Positions 9,454 through 18,482 of a stretch of DNA of 64,000 nucleotides are shown one piece after another (within the stretch, counting starts at the first letter, position 1; each line of letters opens with the position of its first letter). Both the position numbers and the translations under genes were made by a program. The stretch covers positions 13,678-77,677 of the forward strand of contig NZ_JAUNTN010000003.1 of NCBI RefSeq assembly GCF_030538695.1, given 5' to 3'. This DNA comes from Paracoccus sp. (in: a-proteobacteria) (GTDB taxonomy: Bacteria; Pseudomonadota; Alphaproteobacteria; Rhodobacterales; Rhodobacteraceae). The notes under the pieces were generated by a model. It saw nothing but the letters and a program-made list of their open reading frames with translations. It was not told the DNA's origin and did no database searches.

Positions 9454-10773
9454 CTATGCCCCCGTCAGCATCCGCGATATGCGCAGCGCATAGCGGTCGG
9501 TCATGCCGGATGTGAAATCCGCCAGCGCGTGCAGCGCGGTTTCGGCATCGGTCACGTCGCGCAGGTCCAGCGACAGGGCGCGGGCAAGCTGGGTTTCATG
9601 GGTGGGCATATTCCCCGGCTTGCGCAGATGTGCGGCATAAACCGGCAGAATACCTGACATGACGTTGCGGATGATCTGCCGCCCCGAGATTTCCAGTTCC
9701 GTCTTGCGCGGGGCGGTAAAGATCTGGTCGCGCGACAGGGTTTTGATGTCCCTGAACACATCTGAAAGGGTGCTGGCGCTGACCAGATCGCCGGTAAACG
9801 TCCCGGCCATGATCGCCGCGTAATGCGTGGCAAAAGCATCCACGCAGGCCGCCACCCCCGCGCCGATGCTGCGGGCGCGCAGATGGGCGATATGTTCCGC
9901 GTTGGTCGCCTCGGGGGCAGGGCGAACCTCTTTGCCGATCAACCGGAACAGCAGGTCGCGCGTGGTTTCATAGGGCAGTTCGGCGGTGGTGAAGGCGTCC
10001 TCAAGGTCAACGATGTTATAGGTGATGTCATCGGCGGCCTCCATCACATAGACCAGCGGGTGACGGCCCCAGACGCGGGCCTTGCGTTTGCTGCGCTCGG
10101 GTAGGCCCAGGGTTTCGGCCACATTGGCAAAAGCGTCGCGGTCGGACTGGAAAATGCCGTATTTCTTGAATCCTGCGCCCTTCAGCGCCAGCCGGTCCGC
10201 CGCCGTGACCGGGTATTTGGTAAAAGCCCCAAGCGTCGCCTTGGCAAGCTGCATCCCGCCTGTGCCGCGATACATTTCCAGCCGGGTGAGGATGCGGAAC
10301 CCCTGCGCGTTGCCCTCGAAAGCGGTGAATTGCGGGCGCAATTTTTTCGGCAGATCATCCAGCAGACCCTTGCCGTGGTCAAAGCCTTCGGTGAACCATT
10401 CGCCCATCGCGGCCTCGCCGGAATGGCCAAAGGGCGGGTTGCCGATGTCATGCGCCACGCAGGCGGCCTGCACGATATTGGCCAGATCATGCACCCGGTC
10501 GCGGGGGATATGGTCGTTTTCGACCAGCCATTGCCCGATCCCCATGGCCAGCGAGCGGCCCACGCTGCTGACCTCGACCGAGTGGATCAGCCGGTGATGC
10601 ACATGGTCGTTTTCATAGAGCGGTTGCACCTGAGTCTTGTTCGCCAGCCGCCGGAAGGGCGCGGAAAACACGATCCGGTCGTGGTCCTGCACGAAATGCG
10701 AACGGCCCGGTTCCGGGCGACGGTCGCGGGCGCCGAAGCGTTCGTCTGATAGCAGGCGGCCCCAATCCATCAT
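9454..10773 (-). CDS. dgt: dGTP triphosphohydrolase-like HD-domain protein
   Basis: 439 aa; HD motif region HHRLIHSVEVSSVGRSLA...HDIGNPPFGH; ATG overlaps allA stop by 4 bp. Confidence 0.8.
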   Translation of the reverse strand: MMDWGRLLSDERFGARDRRPEPGRSHFVQDHDRIVFSAPFRRLANKTQVQPLYENDHVHHRLIHSVEVSSVGRSLAMGIGQWLVENDHIPRDRVHDLANIVQAACVAHDIGNPPFGHSGEAAMGEWFTEGFDHGKGLLDDLPKKLRPQFTAFEGNAQGFRILTRLEMYRGTGGMQLAKATLGAFTKYPVTAADRLALKGAGFKKYGIFQSDRDAFANVAETLGLPERSKRKARVWGRHPLVYVMEAADDITYNIVDLEDAFTTAELPYETTRDLLFRLIGKEVRPAPEATNAEHIAHLRARSIGAGVAACVDAFATHYAAIMAGTFTGDLVSASTLSDVFRDIKTLSRDQIFTAPRKTELEISGRQIIRNVMSGILPVYAAHLRKPGNMPTHETQLARALSLDLRDVTDAETALHALADFTSGMTDRYALRISRMLTGA

Positions 10774-11261
10774 GCGGCCCCCACGATCAGCGGCGTTTCA
10801 AACCAATGTTCCTGCAAATTGTCCCCTTCGCCCACGCGGTCCACCACCGCGTAAATGCCTGAACCATCCAGCGGGCACAGCACCCCATGCCAGACGTTGC
10901 GGTGCAGGTTGATACCTTGCCCCGGCGCGGCGATGAAAGCGCGGACCGGGCCGGGCTGGCCGTCCTGATCGGGGGCGACCGTGACCAGAAACCGGCTTTG
11001 CGACATGGGGATGAAAGCCTGACTGCCCAGAGGGTGCCGCTCGACCAGATCCAGCGCATAGGGCAGGCTGCGGATTTCGGCGTGAAACAGGCTGATCGCG
11101 GCACGGCCGCCGCCCTGATCGCCGCCGAAATCCAGCACCGCGCGGTCATGGAAGCGGCCGCATTTGCCCTGATTGATGATCTTGTCGGGGTCGCCGGTGA
11201 TCTCCAGCACCTCGCCAAAGGGGGCGAAAGCGGCGGCGGTCAGGGGTTCCGTGCGGATCAT
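10770..11261 (-). CDS. allA: ureidoglycolate lyase
   Basis: 163 aa AllA-family cupin; 4-bp overlaps with both the puuE-uraD end and the dgt start. Confidence 0.8.
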   Translation of the reverse strand: MIRTEPLTAAAFAPFGEVLEITGDPDKIINQGKCGRFHDRAVLDFGGDQGGGRAAISLFHAEIRSLPYALDLVERHPLGSQAFIPMSQSRFLVTVAPDQDGQPGPVRAFIAAPGQGINLHRNVWHGVLCPLDGSGIYAVVDRVGEGDNLQEHWFETPLIVGAA

Positions 11262-12673
11262 GGCAGCATATCCGCCAGCCGCAGCGCGGCGATGCGTTCG
11301 ACCTGACGCGCGGCCTCGGCCAGTTCGGTGTCGCGGTCGTGGGTCAGGCGGCGTTCAAACGCGGCCAGAATCCCGGCTTTGTCATGGTCGCGCACGGCGA
11401 TGATAAAGGGAAAGCCGAACCGCGCCGTATAGTCCGCGTTCAGCGCGGTGAAGCGGTCGCGTTCCGCATCGGTCAGCGCGTCAAGCCCGGCGCTGGCCTG
11501 TTCTGCCGTCGATTCCGGGGTCAGGCGGCGGGCGGCGGCCAGCTTTCCGGCAAGGTCGGGATGCGCCTGCAACACGCCAAGCCGTTCATCCGGGCTTGCA
11601 GACCGGAACACGCGGGCCAGCGCGTTATGAAGGCCCGTGGCGCAATCATGGGCAGGGCCAAGCTCCAGATCAAAGGCGCGTTCGGCAACCCAGGGCGAAT
11701 GTTCGAATACGCTGCCAAACCGGGCCACGAAACTGGCGCGGTCCATCTGGCTGGGCCGGTCCTGCGGCGCGGGCGGGTGCGTTGCCGCCCAATGCCGGGC
11801 GATGTCGATGCGGCGCGGGGTCCAGACGCCCTCAAACCCCTGAATATAGTCGATAAACCGTTTCAGCCCTGCAATCTTGCCGGGTCGTCCGATCAAGCGG
11901 CAATGCAGACCTATGCTGAGCATCTTGGGTGCGCCCGCCACGCCTTCGGCATAAAGCACGTCAAAGGCATCACGCAAATACTGAAAGAACTGCTCGCCGG
12001 TGATATAGCCCGGCGCGGTGGCAAAGCGCATGTCATTGGCTTCCAGCGTATAGGGGATCACCAACTGGTCGCGGTCGCCCACGCGCAGCCAATAGGGCAG
12101 GTCGTCATCGTAAGTGTCGGAAATATAGTCGAAAGCGCCCGTTTCAGCGGTCAGTCGCACGGTGTTGACGCTGCACCGGCCGGTATACCAGCCGCGCGGG
12201 GCCTCGCCCACGACTTCGGTGTGCAGGCGGATGGCCTCAGCGATGGCGGCGCGTTCCTCGGCCTCGGGCATGTCTTTGTGTTCGACCCATTTCAGCCCGT
12301 GCGACGCGATTTCCCAACCGGCGGATTTCATCGCCGCGACCTGCTCCGGGCTGCGGGCCAAAGCGGTCGCCACGCCGTAAATCGTCACCGGAATCTGCGC
12401 CCCGGTGAACAGCCGGTGCAGCCGCCAGAACCCGGCGCGAGCGCCATATTCATAGATGGATTCCATGTTCCAATGCCGTTGCCCCGGCCATTGCGCCGCG
12501 CCCGCGATGTCAGACAGGAATGCCTCGGATGCCGCATCTCCGTGCAGGATGCTGTTTTCGCCGCCTTCTTCATAGTTCAGGACGAATTGCACGGCGATTT
12601 TCGCCTCGCCCGGCCATTGCGCATCCGGCGGGTTGGGACCATAGCCCCGCATATCACGGCTGTAACGATTCAT
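11258..12673 (-). CDS. puuE: bifunctional allantoinase (PuuE, polysaccharide-deacetylase type) / OHCU decarboxylase (UraD) fusion
   Basis: N-terminal ~300 aa polysaccharide deacetylase-like PuuE; C-terminal ~165 aa OHCU decarboxylase (FVARFGSVFEHSPWVAERAF...). Confidence 0.8.
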   Translation of the reverse strand: MNRYSRDMRGYGPNPPDAQWPGEAKIAVQFVLNYEEGGENSILHGDAASEAFLSDIAGAAQWPGQRHWNMESIYEYGARAGFWRLHRLFTGAQIPVTIYGVATALARSPEQVAAMKSAGWEIASHGLKWVEHKDMPEAEERAAIAEAIRLHTEVVGEAPRGWYTGRCSVNTVRLTAETGAFDYISDTYDDDLPYWLRVGDRDQLVIPYTLEANDMRFATAPGYITGEQFFQYLRDAFDVLYAEGVAGAPKMLSIGLHCRLIGRPGKIAGLKRFIDYIQGFEGVWTPRRIDIARHWAATHPPAPQDRPSQMDRASFVARFGSVFEHSPWVAERAFDLELGPAHDCATGLHNALARVFRSASPDERLGVLQAHPDLAGKLAAARRLTPESTAEQASAGLDALTDAERDRFTALNADYTARFGFPFIIAVRDHDKAGILAAFERRLTHDRDTELAEAARQVERIAALRLADMLP

Positions 12674-12704
12674 GGCGGATCTCCTTTGCTTGCGGGCATT
12701 TCGG

Positions 12705-12750
12705 CGGAATCGCTATCGGGTTGCAAGGCCGGATAAAGCCGATAGGCTAA
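12705..12750. promoter_or_regulatory. candidate operator: inverted repeat CTATCGG-N19-CCGATAG in the puuE/uraH divergent promoter
   Basis: CTATCGG at 12713-12719 and CCGATAG at 12739-12745, inside the 99-bp divergent intergenic region. Confidence 0.3.
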
Positions 12751-12772
12751 AGAAAACAATACGGGGGAAGCG

Positions 12773-13099
12773 ATGGGCTATCTGACCACGCATGTTCTGG
12801 ATACGGCGCGGGGCGTCCCGGCGGCGGGGCTGCGGATCGAGCTGTTCCGGCTGGGCACCAGCCGCGACCGGCTTGCCGAGGTGGTGACGAATGCCGATGG
12901 CCGCACCGATGGCCCGATCCTGCCGGAAACCGCATTTGCGACCGGCGAATATGAGCTGGTCTTTCACGCCGGTGATTATATCGGCAGCCGTGATTTTCTG
13001 GACGTGGTGCCGATCCGCTTTCGCATGACGCAGGACGATCATTACCATGTGCCGCTGCTGCTGTCGCCCTTTGGCTTTTCGACCTATCGCGGAAGCTGA
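12773..13099 (+). CDS. uraH: 5-hydroxyisourate hydrolase (transthyretin-like)
   Basis: 108 aa, C-terminal YRGS signature; SD GGGGGAAG before the ATG. Confidence 0.9.
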   Translation: MGYLTTHVLDTARGVPAAGLRIELFRLGTSRDRLAEVVTNADGRTDGPILPETAFATGEYELVFHAGDYIGSRDFLDVVPIRFRMTQDDHYHVPLLLSPFGFSTYRGS

Positions 13100-13102
13100 C
13101 GT

Positions 13103-14344
13103 ATGGACATCATCGTTCTGACGGAATGGGCAACCTTTGCCGTGCGCTGGCTGCATGTCATCACCGCGATGGCGTGGATCGGGTCGTCGTTCTTTTTCAT
13201 CGCACTGGATCTGGGGCTGCGTAAATCGCCGCATCTGCCACCCAAAGCCTTTGGCGAGGAATGGCAGGTCCATGGCGGCGGTTTTTATCATATCCAGAAA
13301 TATCTGGTTGCCCCGGATAACATGCCCGAGCATCTGATCTGGCATAAATGGCAAAGCTATTCCACATGGCTGTCGGGCGCGGCCCTGCTGGTGCTGGTCT
13401 ATTGGATCGGCGGGCATTTGTTCCTGATCGACCCGGCCAAGGCGGATCTGGCGCTGTGGCAGGCGGTGCTGATTTCTGCGGCCTCGCTATCGGTGGGCTG
13501 GCTGGTTTATGACCGGCTGTGCAAATCCGGTCTGGCCGAGCGGCCAACCCTGCTGATGGTGCTGCTGTTTGTGCTGCTGGTGGCGATGGGCTGGGGCTAT
13601 AATCAGGTGTTCACGGGCCGCGCGGTGCTGCTGCATTTGGGCGCGTTTACCGCCACGATTATGACCGCGAATGTGTTTTTCATCATCATCCCGAACCAAA
13701 AGATCGTAGTGGCGGATCTGATTGCGGGCCGGGCACCCGATCCGAAATATGGCAAGATCGCCAAGCTGCGTTCGATGCATAACAACTATCTGACGCTGCC
13801 GGTCATTTTTCTGATGCTGTCGAACCATTACCCGCTGGCCTTTGCCAGCCCGTATAACTGGCTGATTGCGGCGCTGATCTTTCTGATGGGCGTGTCGATC
13901 CGGCATTTCTTCAACACCATGCACGCGGGACGGGGAATGCCGTGGTGGACCTGGGGCGTAACCGCGGCGCTGTTTGCTGCGGTGGTGTGGATTTCCACCG
14001 CGCCGCTGCAACAGCAGGATTATGAGACATCCGAGGCCCGCGCCCTGACCCCTTACGAGGCGCGTTTCGCCAGTGCCGACGGGTTCGAGGACATTGCCGC
14101 CATCGTGCCGGGCCGCTGCGCCATGTGCCACGCCCGCGAACCCGGCTGGCCCGGTATCCGCCATGCACCCAAGGGCGTGCTGCTGGAAACCCCCGCCGAT
14201 GTGGCGGCCCATGCGCGCGAGATCTACCTGCAAGCCGGTGCGACCGAGGCGATGCCGCCCGCAAATCTGTCCTTCATGGAACCGGCGGAACGTCAGGCCA
14301 TCCGTCGCTGGTATCAAAGCGCAAGCCGCTCGGCTGCAAATTGA
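13103..14344 (+). CDS. puuD: membrane-bound cytochrome c urate oxidase (urate hydroxylase)
   Basis: Polytopic N-terminal domain plus C-terminal CAMCH heme c-binding motif; sits between uraH and the other purine catabolism genes. Confidence 0.8.
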   Translation: MDIIVLTEWATFAVRWLHVITAMAWIGSSFFFIALDLGLRKSPHLPPKAFGEEWQVHGGGFYHIQKYLVAPDNMPEHLIWHKWQSYSTWLSGAALLVLVYWIGGHLFLIDPAKADLALWQAVLISAASLSVGWLVYDRLCKSGLAERPTLLMVLLFVLLVAMGWGYNQVFTGRAVLLHLGAFTATIMTANVFFIIIPNQKIVVADLIAGRAPDPKYGKIAKLRSMHNNYLTLPVIFLMLSNHYPLAFASPYNWLIAALIFLMGVSIRHFFNTMHAGRGMPWWTWGVTAALFAAVVWISTAPLQQQDYETSEARALTPYEARFASADGFEDIAAIVPGRCAMCHAREPGWPGIRHAPKGVLLETPADVAAHAREIYLQAGATEAMPPANLSFMEPAERQAIRRWYQSASRSAAN

Positions 14345-14438
14345 TGCGCCTGTGAACATTCGGGCTGCGGGCTGCATGATGGCCCGAACCAATCCCCGAC
14401 TTGCCGCGTTCCGTTCGGTATAACAAACGGATGGAACG

Positions 14439-16247
14439 ATGACCCTGCCGGAAATCATGGTGCTTGGCCTGTTGGCCGCAACGATGGCACTGTTCATCTT
14501 TTCCAGTCTGCGCCATGATATTGTCGCGTTGATCGCATTGCTGGCGGCTGTGCTGATCGGGCTGGTTCCGGCGGCGGATGCATTTGCCGGGTTCTCGCAA
14601 CCGGCGGTTATCACCGTGGCCTGCGTTCTGGTGCTGTCACGGATGCTGCAACAGACAGGCGCGGTGGAAACCGTCTCGAACCGTTTGCTGCCTGCGCAGG
14701 CCGGGCGCACGGTTTCCATGTTCGCGCTGGTCGGGCTTGGGGCGTTTCTGTCGGCCTTTATGAACAATGTTGGCGCGCTGGCGCTGCTGATGCCGGTGGC
14801 AATCCGGGTGGCCGCGCGGCTGGAGATGCCCGCCGGGCAGATTCTGATGCCGCTGTCCTTTGGCACCATCCTTGGCGGCATGACCACGCTGATCGGGACG
14901 CCGCCGAACCTGATCGTGTCCGGTATCCGGGCCGAGGCGGGGCTGGGTGAATATCAGATGTTTGATCTGACCCCGGTGGGCCTGCCGGTGGCGCTGGCCG
15001 GGGTGGTGGTGCTGGTCCTGTTCGGCTGGCGTTTGGTGCCGGGACGCGACGGGGCAGGGGCCGAGGTCTCGACCGGGCTGTATCTGACCGAAGTGCGCGT
15101 GGCCGAGAAATCCACGCTGATCGGCGGCACCCTGCACGAAGCCGAGGAGCAGATTTCCGAAAGCGGCAGTCAGGTTGTCGGGCTGGTTCGCAACGGCGTG
15201 CATCTGTTTGCGCCGCGCGGCTCCCGTGCGGTGCAGGCGGGCGATATTCTGGTGGTCGAAACCGAACTGGAGGAAGTCCCCGAATTGCTTGGCAAGCTGG
15301 GTCTTGCGCTGGCCGAGGGCGAGCAGCCCCCCGCCACTGCCGAGGATCAGCCCGCCGACCCTGATGCCGAGGACACCCCCGACACCCCCAAACGCAGCGA
15401 GATCATCCTGCGCGAAGTCGTGGTCATGCCCGGCGCGGCGCTGGCCGGACGTTCGCCCCGGTCGATCCAGTTGCGCAACAACTTCAGCATCAACCTGCTG
15501 GCGCTGTCGCGCAGCGGCCATCGGCGTATCTCGCGCCTGTCCACGGCGCAGTTTCAATCCGGTGATCTGCTGCTGGTGCAGGGTGACGAATCCGCCATCG
15601 CCCGGTTTTGCAGCGATCAGGGCTGTATGCCGCTGGCGACCCGCGAAATCGACCTGCCGGACCGTGCCAATGCCCGTTGGGCGATGCTGATTATGGGCGC
15701 GGCGCTGGTGGCCGTAACGGCAGGACTGCTGCCTACGGCCATCGCCTTTCTGCTGGCGGTGGTGGCTGCTGTGGTCTTTGGTATCCTGCCTTTGCGGCAG
15801 CTTTACACCTCGATCGACTGGACGGTGGTTGTGCTGCTGGCGGCGCTGATCCCGATTGCGGGCGCGATGGAGCAGACCGGTGCCGCGGCCTCGGTCGCGA
15901 CGGCGCTGGTCGGTCATGTGGCGGGCGACAGCGTGGTGATCGGGCTGGTTCTGGTGCTGGTTCTGACCATGTTCCTGTCGGATGTGATGAACAACGCCGC
16001 CACCGCTGCCGTCATGGCCCCCATCGGGATGCAGATGGCAAACCAGCTTGGGGCCTCGGTCGATCAGTTCCTGCTGGCGGTGGCGATCGGGGCGTCCTGT
16101 GCCTTTCTGACCCCGATCGGGCATCAGAACAACACATTGATCCTTGGGCCCGGCGGCTTCCGCTTTGGTGATTACTGGAAGGCGGGGCTGTTGCTGGAAC
16201 TGGCGATTTTGCCGGTGGCAGTCATCATGCTGATGCTGGTCTGGTAG
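14439..16247 (+). CDS. SLC13/DASS-family anion permease with two central TrkA-C domains
   Basis: 602 aa; membrane halves flank a cytoplasmic segment with two TrkA-C-like repeats. Confidence 0.7.
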   Translation: MTLPEIMVLGLLAATMALFIFSSLRHDIVALIALLAAVLIGLVPAADAFAGFSQPAVITVACVLVLSRMLQQTGAVETVSNRLLPAQAGRTVSMFALVGLGAFLSAFMNNVGALALLMPVAIRVAARLEMPAGQILMPLSFGTILGGMTTLIGTPPNLIVSGIRAEAGLGEYQMFDLTPVGLPVALAGVVVLVLFGWRLVPGRDGAGAEVSTGLYLTEVRVAEKSTLIGGTLHEAEEQISESGSQVVGLVRNGVHLFAPRGSRAVQAGDILVVETELEEVPELLGKLGLALAEGEQPPATAEDQPADPDAEDTPDTPKRSEIILREVVVMPGAALAGRSPRSIQLRNNFSINLLALSRSGHRRISRLSTAQFQSGDLLLVQGDESAIARFCSDQGCMPLATREIDLPDRANARWAMLIMGAALVAVTAGLLPTAIAFLLAVVAAVVFGILPLRQLYTSIDWTVVVLLAALIPIAGAMEQTGAAASVATALVGHVAGDSVVIGLVLVLVLTMFLSDVMNNAATAAVMAPIGMQMANQLGASVDQFLLAVAIGASCAFLTPIGHQNNTLILGPGGFRFGDYWKAGLLLELAILPVAVIMLMLVW

Positions 16248-16266
16248 ATAGATTACGCGGGCAGGT

Positions 16267-16352
16267 GCCTCCGGCGGGGATATTTAAGTGAAGAAGAAAA
16301 CCCATCTTTTGTCCCCAAATATCCCCGCCGGAGGCGAAGGGGGCAAAGCCCC
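16267..16352. repeat. palindromic intergenic repeat element, copy A (perfect 18-bp arms, 31-nt loop) plus G5C-AAA-GC5 mini-hairpin
   Basis: cctccggcggggatattt (16267-16284) is the exact reverse complement of aaatatccccgccggagg (16316-16333); loop aagtgaagaagaaaacccatcttttgtcccc; gggggcaaagccccc at 16338-16352; between convergent permease and glcB. Confidence 0.8.
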
Positions 16353-16355
16353 CGC

Positions 16356-18470
16356 TTACCCCGCCTTGACCCGTCGCCGTGCTGCGTGCAGCAAAGGTTC
16401 GGTATAGCCCGAGGGCTGCGCGGCCCCTTGCAGGATCAGATCCCGTGCGGCACGGAAAGCCTCGCCGTCAAAGCCCGGTGCCATGGGGCGATAGGCCGGA
16501 TCGGCCGCGTTTTGTGCATCGACCCGCACCGCCATGCGACGCAGGCTGTCCTCGACCTGCGCTTCGGTGCAAATCCCATGCAGAAGCCAGTTGGCCAGAT
16601 GCTGCGCTGAAATCCGCAGCGTCGCACGGTCCTCCATCAGCCCGATGTCGTTGATGTCAGGCACTTTGGAACAGCCAACCCCCTGATCGACCCAACGCAC
16701 CACATAGCCAAGGATCGACTGGCAGGAATTGTCCAGCTCATGCGTGATCTGATCCGGCGTCAGGTTGCGCCCGACCATCAGCGGCGGGGTCAGCAGCGCA
16801 TCCATGCTGGCCCGCGCCCGTGATCTCAGGCCGTCCTGAACCGCCGCGACATTGACCTGGTGGTAATGCGTCGCGTGCAGCGTGGCTGCGGTGGGGGACG
16901 GCACCCATGCTGTGTTCGCCCCGGCTTGCGGATGGGTGATTTTCTGGTCCAGCATCTCGGCCATGGCGTCGGGTTTGGCCCACATGCCCTTGCCGATCTG
17001 GCCGCGCCCGGCCAGCCCGGCGGCAAGGCCGGTATCGACATTGCCGTCCTCATAGGCCGCCAGCCATGCCGCGCCGCGCATCTCGGATTTCGGCAGCACT
17101 GGCCCGGCCTGCATCGAGCTGTGGATCTCGTCCCCGGTGCGGTCCAGAAAGCCGGTGTTGATGAACACGCAGCGGTTCCGCAATGCCGCGATACAGGCGG
17201 CGAGGTTGACGCTGGTGCGGCGCTCCTCGTCCATCAGGCCCAGTTTCACGGTGTTTTCCGGCAGGCCAAGCACCTGTTCGACCCGACCATACAGGCGGTC
17301 GGCAAAAGCCGCCTCGGTGGGGCCGTGCATCTTGGGCTTGACGACATAGACCGAACCGGCGCGGCTGTTGCGCGGACCATCCTTGGACAGATCGTGCATG
17401 GCGGCGGCGACTGTCACCATCGCATCCATGATCCCTTCCGGCGTGTCCTGCCCGTCCAGACGCACCGCATCGGTCAGCATCAGATGGCCCACGTTGCGCA
17501 CCAGCAGCAGGGCGCGGCCCGGATGTGTCACCGGCTGGCCCTGCGGGTCCAGATAGGTGACGTCAGGGTTCAGGGCGCGGGTCATTTCTGCACCATTCTT
17601 GGTGAATGTATCGGTCAGGTCGCCCCGCATCAGCCCCAGCCAGTTGCGATAGACGACAACCTTATCGGCAGCATCCACGGCGGCGACGGAATCTTCGGCA
17701 TCCTGAATCGCGGTCAGGGCGCTTTCCAGACGAATATCGGCAATCCCTGCCGGATCGTCGCGTCCGATGGTGCTGGCGCGGTCCACGACAATACGGATCA
17801 GCAGCCCGTTTACCCGCAGGAACACATCGCCCGTATCGGTATAGCCCGCGAATTGCGCCGGGTCCGCCAGCCCGGTTTCGCCGCCCGCATCAATCAGCAG
17901 CACACCGTCCGAGACTTGCATCTTTGTCACATCGGCCCAGCTTCCCCCGGCCAGGGGGGTCACCCGGTCCAGATGCGCCCGGCCCCATGCAATGACTTGC
18001 GCCCCCCGCGTGGGGTCATAGCCCGGCGCGGCCTGCCCCGGTATCGCATCGGTGCCGTAAAGTGCGTCATAAAGGCTGCCCCAACGCGCATTGGCGGCGT
18101 TCAGCGCGAACCGTGCGTTCATCACCGGCACCACAAGCTGAGGCCCGGCGATGCTGGCGATTTCCGGGTCCACATGGGTGGTTTCCACCTGAAACGGCGC
18201 AGGTTCGGGTTCCAGATAGCTGATCTCTGTCAGGAAGGCGCGGTAAGCCTGCGGCTCAAAGGCGTTGTTGCGGTGCCAATCGTCGATCTGCGCCTGCAAT
18301 TCCGCCCGCCGTGCCAGAAGCGCCGCATTTTCCGGCATCAGATCCCGCAGCAGCGCGGCATAGCCTGACCAGAAGGCATCGGCGGAAACGCCGGTCAGCA
18401 CCTCGTTTTCGACCAGATCGGCGAGTTCAGCGGCGACGCTCAGCCCCGCGCGGTTGACATAATCGGTCAT
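16356..18470 (-). CDS. glcB: malate synthase G
   Basis: 704 aa, [12 protein letters not shown] start typical of GlcB; full-length malate synthase G family. Confidence 0.9.
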   Translation of the reverse strand: MTDYVNRAGLSVAAELADLVENEVLTGVSADAFWSGYAALLRDLMPENAALLARRAELQAQIDDWHRNNAFEPQAYRAFLTEISYLEPEPAPFQVETTHVDPEIASIAGPQLVVPVMNARFALNAANARWGSLYDALYGTDAIPGQAAPGYDPTRGAQVIAWGRAHLDRVTPLAGGSWADVTKMQVSDGVLLIDAGGETGLADPAQFAGYTDTGDVFLRVNGLLIRIVVDRASTIGRDDPAGIADIRLESALTAIQDAEDSVAAVDAADKVVVYRNWLGLMRGDLTDTFTKNGAEMTRALNPDVTYLDPQGQPVTHPGRALLLVRNVGHLMLTDAVRLDGQDTPEGIMDAMVTVAAAMHDLSKDGPRNSRAGSVYVVKPKMHGPTEAAFADRLYGRVEQVLGLPENTVKLGLMDEERRTSVNLAACIAALRNRCVFINTGFLDRTGDEIHSSMQAGPVLPKSEMRGAAWLAAYEDGNVDTGLAAGLAGRGQIGKGMWAKPDAMAEMLDQKITHPQAGANTAWVPSPTAATLHATHYHQVNVAAVQDGLRSRARASMDALLTPPLMVGRNLTPDQITHELDNSCQSILGYVVRWVDQGVGCSKVPDINDIGLMEDRATLRISAQHLANWLLHGICTEAQVEDSLRRMAVRVDAQNAADPAYRPMAPGFDGEAFRAARDLILQGAAQPSGYTEPLLHAARRRVKAG

Positions 18471-18482
18471 TCTATCCCCCTG

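Noticed and set aside
14345-14438. Small imperfect inverted repeat (cgttcc…ggaacg) upstream of the SLC13 permease
   Set aside because: Only 6 bp with irregular spacing. Insufficient to call a regulatory site.
16261-16340. Short peptides encoded within the repeat element on both strands (minus strand MGFLLHLNIPAGG; plus strand VKKKTHLLSPNIPAGG), which look 'conserved' with copy B
   Set aside because: Peptide similarity between copies is an automatic consequence of nucleotide identity. There is no independent coding signal such as length, codon bias or a stop context.
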